64,000 bases of DNA from Paraphysomonas bandaiensis (GCA_965644295.1 CBFFRP010000141.1:248001-312000); one strand, 5' to 3'; positions 13,160-26,481 are shown, counted from the first letter of the stretch. Program-made: numbers and translations. The notes: a model not told the origin generated them from the sequence alone.

Positions 13160-15422
13160 TTACAACTTGTGGCCGTTATTAATACGAATATAGCAATTGT
13201 CACACACACGAACCAATTCCTGAAATCCGTATTTCAATACAGGTGCCCTTTTCCGGGAGCAATTGTCACAGTAGATACCGCCACAACTCCGACAGTGGTG
13301 ACGCCCACGAAAGACAAACATAAAGAGACTTCCACACTCCATGCATTTGTCAGTATCACCATCGTCGATCCACTTCCTCCCAACAAGAACGGCGAAGTGT
13401 CTGCCTCCAGCAGCGATGGACTTGGCATCCTTATCAGAGTAATCCTCCATCCGTGTGAGTATAACGTCTGAAGGGATTTGTCCGAGAATATGCATGAATC
13501 CAGTCTCCGTCAAATAGAGAACATTCGTTCCACCACATGCCACGTCAATCACTGATTGGTCCGCTCCTGTTCCCTCCGCTTCACCTCCAGAGCTACTGCT
13601 GCTGGGGACATCCACAGCGAAAGGAGTGGCAACGTTCGGTGAGTTAGAATCACTAGAAACTGCTACACCTGCCCCCCATACATAAAGGCGACTCTCTTCA
13701 TTTCCTGCGTCAAGTATGCAAGCAGTGTGTGCTGCACCACACGACACTGCCAGAGGTGTCTTTCGACATAAAAAATCCACGACCTTTGGCTGGCTGCAGC
13801 TTAGGAAGTTTTCATGCCCTAGTTGTCCACACTCGCCCCATCCCCAGGTTAGCACAACTGGTTGTTCGTGTCCGCTCTGAGTTACTTCTTGACCCCTGTA
13901 TATTTATGTCATTAGTCTAAATATACACAGAAATAAAAGCTAAACCTGTATGAGTCATCCAACATCTCCGCATACACTTCTTCATCGTCCCCAGTACTCA
14001 TGGAACGGTTCAAAAAGGATTTGGTATGCGTAGAATCCGCGATAATGGCCATGTGGAATCCACCACAAGCCACTATACGCACAGAGTATGAGGAGGCTAG
14101 ACTTGAGACAAGAGTTGGGGACAGACGGTTGTCATGATCGCCATGGCCAAGATTACCTGCACCGTGCGTAAGATAACAAATGGACACTGCTACTGGGAAT
14201 CACCATAAATATTGCCGCCCCAGGTATACAGCAGCCCAGGTGAGGATCCACCGTTGTTTACCACGCATGCAGAGCTCTGGTCTCCCGCTGCTACAGACAC
14301 AACCCTCGACGCCTTATTTTCTCCGCTACTGGGAATCTGAACTTCCACCGGCAGTATACTGTCCTCTCTTGTTCCAGTTCCCAACTAAGCCAGTCGCCAA
14401 ATAGTTAACACAAAGCCAAGAACATATACGAGAGTGTACCTGTCCAGAAGCGTTACAACCCGTTGCGAAAAGTCGGGCGTCCCTGGTGACAAAAAGAGTG
14501 TGTGCTGCACCACAAGCTACTGTATCCACAGATACAACCCCACGCAGAGATTCCACACATTGGGGAAGTAGCACATGATCAAATATTCCATTAAAATTTT
14601 TGGGAGCGATACCAAGTCTTCCACTGTTGGCATTTCCCCAGGCGTAGCACTCTCCAGTCTTTGAAACGGCAACGGTGTGGCTCTCTCCACATCTCACTAC
14701 CTTTACGTCCACATCTTTATCAATCAACTCTCGTATTTTCTGAGTGCACAATGAGTTAATATACTTTGAGCTATTAGCAAAAAGCCTAACCTTTGGGTGG
14801 TCGATATCTTTCAAATTTTCAGGTCGGTCAGCATGACCCAGCTGGCCCCAGGACGAGTCACCCCAAGTACAGAGGTCCAAGTGTGCATTCATTTGCTTTC
14901 TTAGGTTTGATACGTCTACCATTTTCATTGACGCTTGGGTGGATGTAATATCACTATCAAGTTCAGACGCAGAGGCAGAGACGGTTTCCTTGTTCTCAAT
15001 GAGCCACTGTAACCCACTCACCCAAGTTTCAATTTCATTGATATCTTTGCAAACAACGTCAAGAGTTTTCTCTTCCGGAGAATTGGGGTCAAGCCTATAG
15101 TACAATGAAAAGCTTAAATGCTCCGGGTGGTTTCTTTTCATATTTTTCTGAAATACAGCTGATTCCTGACCCATTTTTAATCTTGTCATCGCAGATATTT
15201 TGACTGTATTAACAACAAGTTATACAAGTACTGTTCATATGTATAATCCTTACTTTGAGTTGGTACATTTTTCTTCTTGTCCGAGTGCCATATTAACTTC
15301 GATCGACAAGAACTAAGAAAGAAATATCTGAAATGAGGTGCCCCTTGTTGACCATATTTCAATAGAGGTGTGGGTTGTTGCATAGTAGTGAATACAGACG
15401 GATGAGGCTCTGGTGACGGCAT
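13160..15422 (-). CDS. PH + RCC1-repeat + FYVE domain protein (PRAF/RLD-like architecture), multi-exon
   Basis: PLC-type PH domain (LLKYGQQGAPHFRYFFLS...SFSLYY...TLDVVCKDINEIETWVSGL), RCC1 repeats (TWGDSSWGQLGH, CGESHT, ACGAAHT, ACGGFH), FYVE domain (WIDD..CMEC..RGRHHCRSCGGIYCDNCS..RVCDNC); several short GT-AG introns. Confidence 0.9.
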
Positions 15423-15789
15423 GGTATATACTTCGTAAATAATAGATATAGTGAGGGGATTAGCTATAGAGAGTTTGATTAATTGAGTAGAGTGTACTGG
15501 CGAATAGTGAAGGTATTGTATCCTCTCTTAATAACACAGCTCGATATATACAGAGTACTAGGAGTGGATATGACTTAAAAGTGGCGATTCTTGGGACTTT
15601 ATTATCTCCATACTATGCAGATATTGGGCTTATATATCCTAAAAAATTCATATCACAGGATAGTAATCACCCTTTTTGAGTACAGTTTGTAGAGGTTTCC
15701 AATATATAGTACAGTATTTTAGTATTTTATAATACATTCCCAAAAACAATAACTACAAAAAAGTGGCAAAAAACAGCAAAAAAGGTATG

Positions 15790-15871
15790 CGACTGCTGCA
15801 GGATTCGAACCTGCGCGGGAATTTCCCAATGGATTTCTAGTCCATCTCCTTAACCACTCGGACAAACAGTC
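15790..15871 (-). tRNA. tRNA-Ser (anticodon AGA)
   Basis: Reverse complement GACTGTTTGTCCGAGTGGTTAAGGAGATGGACTAGAAATCCATTGGGAAATTCCCGCGCAGGTTCGAATCCTGCAGCAGTCG: 82 nt, long variable arm, T-run terminator downstream. Confidence 0.96.
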
Positions 15872-16178
15872 AAGTTGTTGAATGTAGGGTGGAAAACTAT
15901 CAAATATATACATATTTTATAACTGTTATATGTAAGCTATGAACGACAAGTACTATTCATAGTCAATACTCTGTACATACCACAACGACAACTTAAAAGA
16001 GTAGTAAAAACAGTGTGAGACCATGAATCTTCAATGGAAGCAAATGTGACTTACATCAATAGAGATGATAGTCAATTAAAGCAGAAGTTTCGAAATACAC
16101 AGTACAATAATTGCCAATTCGGAGTTCTACATCCCCAAAAAATTAGAAAAAACTGCAAAAAACAGCAAAAAAGGTATG

Positions 16179-16260
16179 CGACTGCTGCAGGATTCGAACC
16201 TGCGCGGGAATTTCCCAATGGATTTCTAGTCCATCTCCTTAACCACTCGGACAAACAGTC
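16179..16260 (-). tRNA. tRNA-Ser (anticodon AGA), identical second copy
   Basis: Identical in sequence to 15790-15871. Confidence 0.96.
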
Positions 16261-16466
16261 AAGTTGTTGAAGACTGCAATTAAATATACTATATATAAAG
16301 GTTATATATAAATATACTATATATAAAGGTTATATATATATCAGTGTGTATAGGAGTATTGTACCACATGCATCACATTAACACACTCATATATACTTAA
16401 TCACACGACTATACACACTCTCTCTTAAATAACCCTCCTATCCCTCTATTCCTCCTATAAATACTC

Positions 16467-18138
16467 ATGTTATCATCTCTATTCCTTCACTGTATACTAG
16501 TGTTTCTATGTATATCTAGCTATATAGCTGTAGCCGTGGACTGTAATCAAACATCATGTGTACAGTGTGCAGAGAATGGATGTCGCTGGTGTCCAGATAC
16601 TGGATGTCATCATACACATTCAATACAAGGATGTAGTGGAGAAGAAGGATATGATTATGAAGATACATGTCCAGGTAGAGTATATACACTGTAGACACAC
16701 AGACATACATACATATATGTATATATATGAGGGTCTAACTGTTGTTATAGTCACATGGAATGATACTCCTGAGTTTCTCTCTAATTGGATGGGTGAGATG
16801 TCGGATATTATTGGTGAATTATGCCTCTTAGATCTATCGCTTCCTGGCACCCATGATACTCTTACATACCATCTGTCGACAATAGTTTCAGATGGGGGAG
16901 CTGATGATTTCATCAAATTGGCTGAAGTACTACATGAATATGAATCCGTTATTCCCGATGGAATTGAAGATTTCATTCGTCAACAAAGTCAAACTCAAGT
17001 TCTCAATATTACCTCACAACTGGATAATGGAATTAGATTTCTAGATATCCGGCAGATGTTGGAATATAGCGATGAGAACCCGGAGTGGCATTCTCTTCAC
17101 TTTATGGAGTCCATTGAAACCTCGATTGCTTACTTCACAGAAATCCGTGAGTGGATGGACGCACATCCAAGTGAGGTAGTTGTTTTGTGGCTCAGTAAAC
17201 ACGGTAGCACTTGTAAAGTCGGTGAAGATCAATATCCCAACGTTTCAGTTGAAGAGAAGCAAGCCTTTTGGGCAACTATTAAAGACATATTTTCGGGCAT
17301 AATCACAGACTTTTCTGTGACTTCTATCAACGAGACATCAATCTCTACGATGTTGTCACGTAATCACCGGGCCGTTTTTTATGTTAGTGATTATGAAGAA
17401 TTCACTGGCTCATCGAAGTATGCCTTGGACGGGTGTTTAATTGACAATAAATTATCTCCAGGTATTGATGATGAAGTGAATTCGAAAGATTGGGAACTTG
17501 AACAATTCAAGAATGCAAATGCAACAAAGGCCGCAGATAAGGCAGAACAGAAACTTTTCTTGATATCGCTGTCTACAGGCATACCAGACACCCAAATTGA
17601 GAAGGCAGCGAAGATTAAGTTTCTTCCGTCCTCAGAAGAAGATGTTGCCGAATGTGCAGCTGCATTCAATATCCCCGGTATGAATTGGTGCCCTCAAACG
17701 TTGCTGGACTGTGCACAGCTGGAGAATTACTACAAGCAAATTACGTTAGAAGAGGTGATTTCTCAAGTCGACTATGGGTTTCCGAATGCTATCTATATCA
17801 ATGCCATAGACTGGGAGGGTACAATTCGTACAGGTACTGAAGTACTTTGGGGTGGACAAAGAGACGGAAGCGACCCGAATCATCAGACGTCTGCCTACGC
17901 TTATGTTGGTAAGTGATACGTTTTGTTTATTTGGTATATCCGATTTCCTGCCAATAAGTAAATGTCTGACTATTTTTCGATAGACACGATGCTTCTCTAT
18001 AACCTAAGAGTTGCTTGTGGAGGCGATGAAAATGGTCAATGTGGTGTTTTAAAGTCAACACTTGAGGCTCGGCGAAGTAAGTATCCCGCTCAGTACTGGG
18101 ATGATGTTACTTTTGGGAGGTTGGTGGACTGGCCATAG
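16467..18138 (+). CDS. Secreted PI-PLC X-domain (PLC-like phosphodiesterase) protein with N-terminal Cys-rich module, 3 exons
   Basis: Signal peptide, CxxxSCxxCxxxxCxWC (PSI-like) module, then WM...LLDLSLPGTHDT, QTQ...ITSQLDNGIRFLDIR, HPSEVVVLW. Introns near 16675-16750 and 17909-17982; the last exon ends ...GRLVDWP* (TAG 18136-18138). Confidence 0.85.
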
Positions 18139-18734
18139 TGACCATGAGATTTGCACTGTGTGTAATGCATCCATCCAAGCGCTCTCAATCCAGGCAAAAG
18201 TAAATGCCGTTATTATTCGTCTTAAGTGGTAGCATATCATTTCTATTAAGAATGCGAATTACATTACTGTGGAATCAACAGGTGCAATATTGCTCCGCAG
18301 AACTTATGAAGTGCTTGATTGATGAAAATTTATTGTGGATAATTATTTTTAAATTTTATATCGTCTCACGTTATGTCTAGCGAAAAGGATATGTTAGTCG
18401 ATTGACCCACACATTATATACAATTATGAAATTAGATATACCTTCAAACACAACATCTATGGGGGTTATTTTCCGTGAGATGTAGCGAGCCTCACGGCAA
18501 AACTAAATTGAAAGAGAAATCAACGGCACGCGAATAATGAATTAATATATTATTAAGAACTTGTTCAATATGACTGACTCGTTAATTATTTAGGAATCTA
18601 TCAAGATAATATTTTAAACTGAGGTTTATATTTACTCGTTGTGTGTAGATACTCGATATCGAAATTAGTGATGAGAAAGTCATTTCATCAAAGCGAATCT
18701 GCGGTATCATAGAAAGCTGCATCTATCATTATCA

Positions 18735-18814
18735 AGTATGTCTAGCATTCAACTCTAGCCACTATTTTGGTGCAGGTTTTTAACGCCTATTGCTAAATAA
18801 CAAGACTTTTAATA
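18735..18814. mobile_element. 80-bp insertion flanked by a 14-bp target-site duplication (probable 5'-truncated non-LTR/SINE 3' end)
   Basis: ATCTATCATTATCA at both 18721-18734 and 18815-18828; the interior is homologous to 19225-19372. Confidence 0.65.
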
Positions 18815-21800
18815 ATCTATCATTATCACATTATCACCATCTATGCATCATAATGAACAATATTTTCAGTAAAAATATGTAATGATCAAGTGTGAAGGTG
18901 GCTTTATCTGACTCGACAAGAAATGTGATGCTCTTCTTAATATAATGAATGATTCAATTCCAAATAGTGCTTAGCAAATACTACCATGATAAATACGATC
19001 TCTTCTAGCTGCTATACAACACATGTTTTGAGCAGAGTGCTCGTGTGTTCCCATCAGTGTACATATATACCGAACTGCGTGTGAATTTCTGTAAACACAA
19101 TAGTGCAGCCATTCCAAAATTAATGGTAGGACACACGAGCATGGCGACGCACAAGCAGCTTCCGTAGCGGTAAATAGTAGGATAATAGAATTTGTATTGA
19201 TTAGTTACGGGTAGAGGTCTAACTAGTATGTCTAGCATTCAACTAGCCACTACATTGGTGCAGGTTCTTAACGCCTATATTGCTACTAGCAAAAAGTTGT
19301 CATTAGACCAGGTCGCCCCCAGTTGACCAGGTTTGGTCATGCCACAGACTTTAAATAAAAAGACTTTTAATACACAGAGTGTCGCTCTTTCGGGAACACG
19401 TTTGTGGATATTTCTAGCTGTGATTCAAGTGAGTGAATGAGGTGTGTGCTAAAATGAATCCAATAAAATTTAGAAGATCTGTCACTCTTCTGCTAAATAA
19501 TGTTGAGTAAATAGTATGTGCAATGTGATGTATATGCACCAAATTCTATTCTTTCGTAAATATAACACATGTATGTCAAGGAACCCATCATCAAGGCAGT
19601 AAGTTACTACAGTTGTGAGGTGGTCTCACAGTTGTATTAACTTTAGCTCGCTGTTTCATAAAATAGATATTTATCTACAACTGTAGAAAGTTTAAGCTGG
19701 CTAAAATACTTCTCCTCCAATGTGTGTATCTTTCGAAACAACAATCCTGTTGTAATTAATACAACTGCGGCATGACTTCACAGGCGTATCAATGCACAAC
19801 TTTAGCCCAATTAATTTTAAGACACTTACCCTTAGGGGTCGTATGTCGTATATATGCGGTATTGTTCTGATTATTGTTGTGCGTTGTTACTATACACTGT
19901 ACTAACTGCTTATGATCCTTCACCTGCTTATGATCCTCCACCTACTAGCAATGTGCCCCCAGCGGCTGTTGCCGCGTCGTTTCCGAGCATAGGTACTAAT
20001 ACTACTGTAAGTAGTAGTGGTAAAGATAGCTATATGCGTATGCAATGTATCCGAAATCAGGCTATTCGGTTGGAGCGTTTGCAGTCTCAAGCGAAGCAGA
20101 TGTAGCTATATGAGAATATGATATTACAAAACACAAGTAATAATAGCAGGGCCGACTTTTAACGCAATAAATACTGCTAATAACAACTATACTTGCGACT
20201 TTTTCTTTATCTTTAACCTCGCAGATACAAATTACAGTAAAATAATAACTCAATACTTATATATGAAACCTGGTGAAATTGCTTTACCAGGTTTTGGTAT
20301 TACCTCGACTTCTATAGTTGCTAAAACTGCATGGCATTCAAGTCTTCTAGTCTTCGACTTAAACTCAAGTAGTCCTCTAACAATAGTGCCTACAAAGTTA
20401 TACAATTGTTTTTAGAGACTAAGTGCTATTAAAATGGTATTTGTCGTTGGATTTTTTAATGAGACAAAATCTAGCTTATATTTTTATTTTTTTTACACAG
20501 TTTACAGCTGAATGTTATGGCTACTAATAGAATAATATTCGATTCTACAAACCATTCCCTGATAGAGTGTTCCTCTGCATGGGGTTTCAGAGTGCTGGAG
20601 AGTCTCTGAATAACGTATACCATACAAATAGCAATTAGCCAAAATATATTATTTTCTTATTCATGATGATAATAATAAAATTAAATCGACAATACTACTA
20701 ACACAACGGCAAATACGTTAGGAGAGCAGCCATGAGAGCTGCAGCAGTTGAACTAACCCCACCGAAGCATATGGATTGATTTTCAGTCAAATCCAATGGA
20801 GTCATGAACTTGACCTCCAGATCAAACCCCCGACCCCACCAACACCACAGTTCAAGGAGATCAATTATTCACACAATACAAGCCCAACTCCAGCTATATG
20901 ACACTCACCCCCACAGGCATACAAAAAGAAATTTTTACAGACATCTCCTTTACTAAAACTCAAATAACCCCTGCTGACATGTGTTGGGAGACACTTACGA
21001 CAGCCCTACTACCACCCATAACGGGGGAGATCACCACACTACCATGATTATCCGGCCTGCGACACCACAGCACACTTTCCCAGCAGGTCTCACCCATACA
21101 TATAACATATATATGAAACCGTCAGCATGACAGCGCAGTGGCCTCTTTTTCATCTCCCCGCATCCTATTATCCCCATATGATGGACAGATTGCCAAGCTG
21201 TACACGCACGAATAACAGAAACCCATTTCCATCGCCGACGCGCTCCCGGTAGAAAACTACTGGGAATTCTATACGAATGCATAACCACCACAACATGGGC
21301 CCGCTCTCACCCCGAGCAGAAAACACTGGAGATTTGAAGTTCATTATATAATATATATATCTTTATTGCCCTCAGCGGTGAAAGCTACAGACACTCGACT
21401 ACACTGGTGCAGGTTTGACAAATACCTCCTTTTACTGACAGCAAATTCATGCTAAATGATGCTGCCGACTTTAATAGTCATCAACAAGGTCTCCTTCAGT
21501 ACACACGACAGCGAGACTGTGACTAAGCATCCCAAACCAGGAGAGCCCCAGCTACTCTATTGGACGAAAAGTGGTTCACGATTACCACACAAACTACAAC
21601 CCTCAGAAGTATATCCCACTCTATGACCACATTCGAGAAACCGCATATATATAAGGCACTAATCCTACGAAATCGGGAGGAACCGCGCTAAAGGCAACTT
21701 AGGGACCGACGACATCACGGCAGGATAAATTAGTTTTGACTTTTAAACGCCTATTTTTGCTAATAATAAGATATTGACTTTTATGACAAGCAAATGCACG

Positions 21801-22522
21801 GACTGTTTCCTCCCCGCAGACACTCTACCCATCCAGACATCACAAGTCTGCGCAAAGATGCCTTCCAAGCTCTCGAAACCACTCTAGAAAAATTAATAAA
21901 ACACGGACGTCACTACACTAGCAGTTGTGGGAATGTTACTCAATAAAACGATAGATAGACCGCACAGTTGAGATGCACATCCCTATAATTACAACATCCC
22001 TAGCTACGACGAGCACACAGTAATAATCAGATCTTTAATACCTACTAACACAACTCTGATGAAATGGCTTCAGAGCTTCTCATAATACGTAAATTTGTAT
22101 AACAATTGTAGTCCACAATATAATAACCCTAGCTCTGTACAGCCATCAATAATAATCAGAAATTAATACTAATTCGTATCAAGAGTTGATATAGACAGTA
22201 AGGCAATCCATTATAACCGCAATGTTCATCGTTACAGAGCAAGATATATGACCAGCAAAGAGTGACTATGAAATTAATATTATCATAGAAACATGTATTA
22301 TAAAGATCTATACATAAATAGCGTTATAATCAACGTAATTACATACATGGCATTCTCATATCCAGGTTCGTTGCAGTTGTATATATTTCTCTCTAGGTTT
22401 GTCTACAGTGATTTCATGATGAAGTAATCTCTCATGATCGTGTACTTTTCATAACCGCCTACTGATACTAAATTTGAAATGGCACATACAAAGTACTGTG
22501 ATGTACATCAATCAATTCCTCT

Positions 22523-24459
22523 CTAAAGGTATAAGAGAATTTCTTGTTTCATCTGAAAAACTAAATTAGATAAATATATCTGGGTACTACAAGTTTTACT
22601 TACACTAGACCTGATATCGTCGCTTACTAGAAGTGGCATTTTCTCAATCTCCATAATGAGGCCACCATTAGCTTCACCTCCTCTAGAGATTTCCCTGCTA
22701 GGATCCCGAACTTCTGCAAGGAAAGGGTGTTGCAGTGCATCATCCACAGTGATCCTTTTACTGGGGTTAAACTGTAGCATTGAACTTAGAAGATCAATGG
22801 CCTCTCGTGGCGCTCCCCTGTACATCCGCGACAAGTCCTACATGTTGTGCGTACAGCTCCATGTCAGAGATAACTGTAATACTCGAACTCAACTGATATT
22901 TACCTCTGCTTGCCGTTTAGGTAGTCCACGTAAAAATTTCTCAGTTTTGGGGTGCCTGATCTCAGAGATATCCTCTTCGCTTGGTGTACCAATCACATCG
23001 AAGATAGTATTCAGTTGGTCAAACCTATCAACCGGCTTCTCCTGCATTTTACTAAAGCTTCCGGAAGGCGACTGTCCGTCATAGCTGTTTTTGCTTAGAG
23101 ATGGACAAGAGTTTCCCGGGAAGAGGGGCGTTCGGTTTTGGTAGTCGGGAACGCTTTCAGCCTGCATGCCCAACATCTCTGCCAGCACGCATCCCACGGA
23201 CCACATGTCCACTGCCTTCGAATAATCACGTAGAAGTATCAGCTCAGGCGCACGATACCAGCGGGTGACGACATGGTGTGTGAGCTGGCGGGTGACTGGT
23301 GTAGGTACTTCGCAGGCCTCGCACTTTCCACCCTCTCCTGGTGGCACACTCTGCTCAAGGCTAACATCTCGATCCTCGTTGACGCTGCGACCGAACAGAG
23401 CCTCTACGGCAGTGTCACGCTCCTTCGCCGCACTCCCTGGGCTACCACTGGAATCCAATTCATTGGAGGTGGGATTAATAACGCGGGAGAGGCCAAAGTC
23501 GCAGATTTTGAGAGTACAGTCTTCGTACAGAAGGATGTTCGCCGGCTTCAGATCTGTAGACACATAAAATAACCATGTCACAGTATCTTTGCAGTATCAC
23601 TACCTCGGTGAATAACGTTGGCTGAGTGGATGTACTTTAGCCCTAACAGTATCTGATAGAGAAAAGTCTGAACATGGGCGATAGAAAGGTACTGGGCGGA
23701 CATGAGAAGCTTGTGAAGGTCAGTATCAACATACTCAAACACCAAATAGAGGTCATCCAGAGATGTGTCTGGTTCAAGCGCACAAGTTCGCGTCCGCTTA
23801 CGAGCGGTCGAATTCGGGGTATCCATCCGTAAATGTATCTTATCAGAATGTTTAGTCGGATCCAGTTTAGGAGCTTTGACATCGAGGAGGCGGATTATAT
23901 TAGGGTGCTTCATGTGCCTGTATAGAATTCAAACATGAACATAAACCAAACAAACCAAACCAACAAACCTTAAAATAAATATCTCTCTGTATATTCTTTT
24001 CGCATCAGTGGAACTATCAAATATATTCTGGATTCTTTTAATCGCAACCAACGTATTCGTCCTGTACTTCATTACACCAACACAAGAACTAGTCTTAAAA
24101 GAATACACTTACCTTTGATCTAATGCTTGTGAAACTTCCCCATATGATCCTCGTCCAATAACCCGCTTAATAGTATAATGATCATCAATATCCCATCCAT
24201 TGAGTTGTACTCCAGGTGGTGGTGGAGGATCAAAGACTGAAGCAGCACTATCTGATCGATCAGCTGGTGTGGGTAAATCACCAAAACACATTGATCCATC
24301 ATTCATATCATTCGAATAATGAAATGGTGTGGTAAATCCACTCATACCACTACCATCTGATGTCGATCGATTATATAAAGCCATATCACATGTATCTGAT
24401 ATATCCATTGATGAAAGAGATGTCATTAATTTATCACGATGATAAGAATTAGGTTTCAT
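22523..24459 (-). CDS. Atypical mitogen-activated protein kinase (THH activation motif), multi-exon
   Basis: [89 protein letters not shown]; five GT-AG introns. Confidence 0.93.
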
Positions 24460-24723
24460 ATCTGATTTTAATTGTTAATATGAGTATGATTGTGTTGTAT
24501 GAGGGTTACTGCTATATATATATATATATACATACATACTATAGAAACAAGTGAATCTTTTCATATCATAACTACAGCAGATCCTACTGTATAAGAGCTC
24601 GCAGGTACTGTATATGTACTGAGGTACGTGGATGTGTGTAAGGTACTTGTATTTTATAGGAATACTATGGAATATGACACAGAATTCTATATTTATTTTG
24701 TGACATCTTTTCGAAACTATTAA

Positions 24724-25017
24724 GGCTGTGTCTAAAATCTGATGGGTAACAAAAATGAAGGGTAATCGGGTAAAAAAAACAGCATTACCCACCCTGTTTT
24801 TCGCGTTTTGCTTGCTAAAATCGTTTGGGTAAGAGTAATGGGTAATATTATTACCCTAGTATTCAAAGTATGCCCACTAAAAAACAGGATTACCCTTGTA
24901 TCTATTACCCATCAGATTTTAGCAGCACCTTTTTTCCGGTGATAAAAATAATCCTGTTTTTTTACCCGATTATGGATTACCTTTGTAACTATTACCCATC
25001 AGATTTTAGACACGCCC
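24724..25017. mobile_element. Tourist-like (PIF/Harbinger-associated) MITE, 294 bp
   Basis: TIRs GGCTGTGTCTAAAATCTGATGGGTAA / TTACCCATCAGATTTTAGACACGCCC; TAA on both flanks (24721-24723, 25018-25020); internal TIR-like copy near 24905-24929. Confidence 0.88.
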
Positions 25018-25152
25018 TAAAAAAAATCATTTTTAGGTTGATTTTTTAATATATTAAAGTGCTATTTTTTTATTGTAGATATCCATGAATATCTGAGGTT
25101 TTGTGTGTAATCATAAACACTGTTAATGATATGCTATGTACGTATATGTATG

Positions 25153-25273
25153 TACACACTGTTAAAGTGAGGTATCTACAGTCATTGTATGTATCTATCT
25201 CCTGCTGATGTCTCTACACACTGTTAAAGTGAGGTATCTACAGTCATTGTATGTATCTATCTACTGCTGGTGT
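25153..25273. repeat. Tandem duplication, 62-bp period, 2 copies
   Basis: TACACACTGTTAAAGTGAGGTATCTACAGTCATTGTATGTATCTATCT(C/A)CTGCTG starts at both 25153 and 25215. Confidence 0.9.
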
Positions 25274-26481
25274 ATGTTTACCGCTATGTGCTGCTAGTGT
25301 ATGTATACCTCTGTTAATGGATGGGTGGATGTTACTTATACGGCATTGAAATGACAACTCGCTCTTCTAGTATCTATCAATAACATCACATTACTGCGTA
25401 GTACATCTAATGTTATGTTATTAATCTACTATGCTCTACGTTGTCATGTATGGTCAGCAAGTAGACTAAGGTACCATAAGATATATAAGATATTTGGAGT
25501 ACGAACTTTTCTGTTGGTGCAATGACGAATTTTGTAGAACGCCTACATAAAATGAAGGGTGGAATACAACACATCCAATTTTATATGACTTAAGTATTCT
25601 TGGTGTGGAAAAAGGTGCTGTATGTAATTTGAGTTAGTACTTAAATCCTGTCAACATTAAGTCCCAGATTATGGCGACATGGTATGTATGGATTTTAAAG
25701 TGACGCTGACTTGTTTATGAGTGATCGGAGCAGTATGTTATAGCTTGAGGTGCACAACTCAAGCTGTCTAGTATATTTGGTGTGTGTTGCATGTGCTATG
25801 TTTAATTAGCTCTCGCGTTATTTGAGATTGACAAAGTGGGTTACTGATCTAGCATAAGTGCTAAAAACTGTCTGAAGACATGAATTTAAATCTAGATGAA
25901 CTAGTGTAAGAATATCAATCCAAGTATGTAAATAATGAGTTGTGAACGTTTCTTATAGTATATGGATTAATGGACTCAACAGTTCAAGCTATATCTGATA
26001 AAAGATATCAGAAATATTAATCATAAAAAGAGCCTTTATACTCTCTATACAATATACATAAGACATTACTGAACACATTTTGTTTTCAAATATATAAGTT
26101 TTGAAATGCAAGTTGTATAACACCTGCCATTGTCAACATTACTTTTTTCACAACTGTTCGGGTACTGCAGACACTAATACTCCTGCTTCCACTACATCAG
26201 ACACTTTGACACAGCACGCATACATATATTTATAGAACTTAGTCAGCATTACTTACTTAGTTATTATCATTAATCCCCATTAAAGTTATCTTACGTCTCA
26301 GCCGAAACGGGTATTTAGTATTGAATAGAAAGAACTTATCTGGAGTATATACTACATATCATGGCCCATTAATGGGTGCCCGATTCCCCGCAATTATAAT
26401 GGCAATTAATAAATATGTCCCGATAATTATAATGGCATTACCATTAGGGTTAGCAGGTCCAGCTGTGGACTAGACAGCCGG

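Noticed and set aside
15719-16270. Short ORFs containing SEWLRRWTRNPLG (and the ORF at 36312)
   Set aside because: These are translations of tRNA genes.
16282-16340. Small tandem duplications (29 bp here; 18 bp near 19907-19943)
   Set aside because: Two-copy slippage products with no further structure.
18735-21771. Repeated ~60-bp units as a CRISPR-like array
   Set aside because: Irregular spacing, degenerate copies, eukaryotic context and no cas genes.
24760-25000. GGGTAA/TTACCC words resembling telomeric repeats
   Set aside because: They are dispersed subterminal motifs within a TIR/TSD-bounded MITE, not a tandem array.
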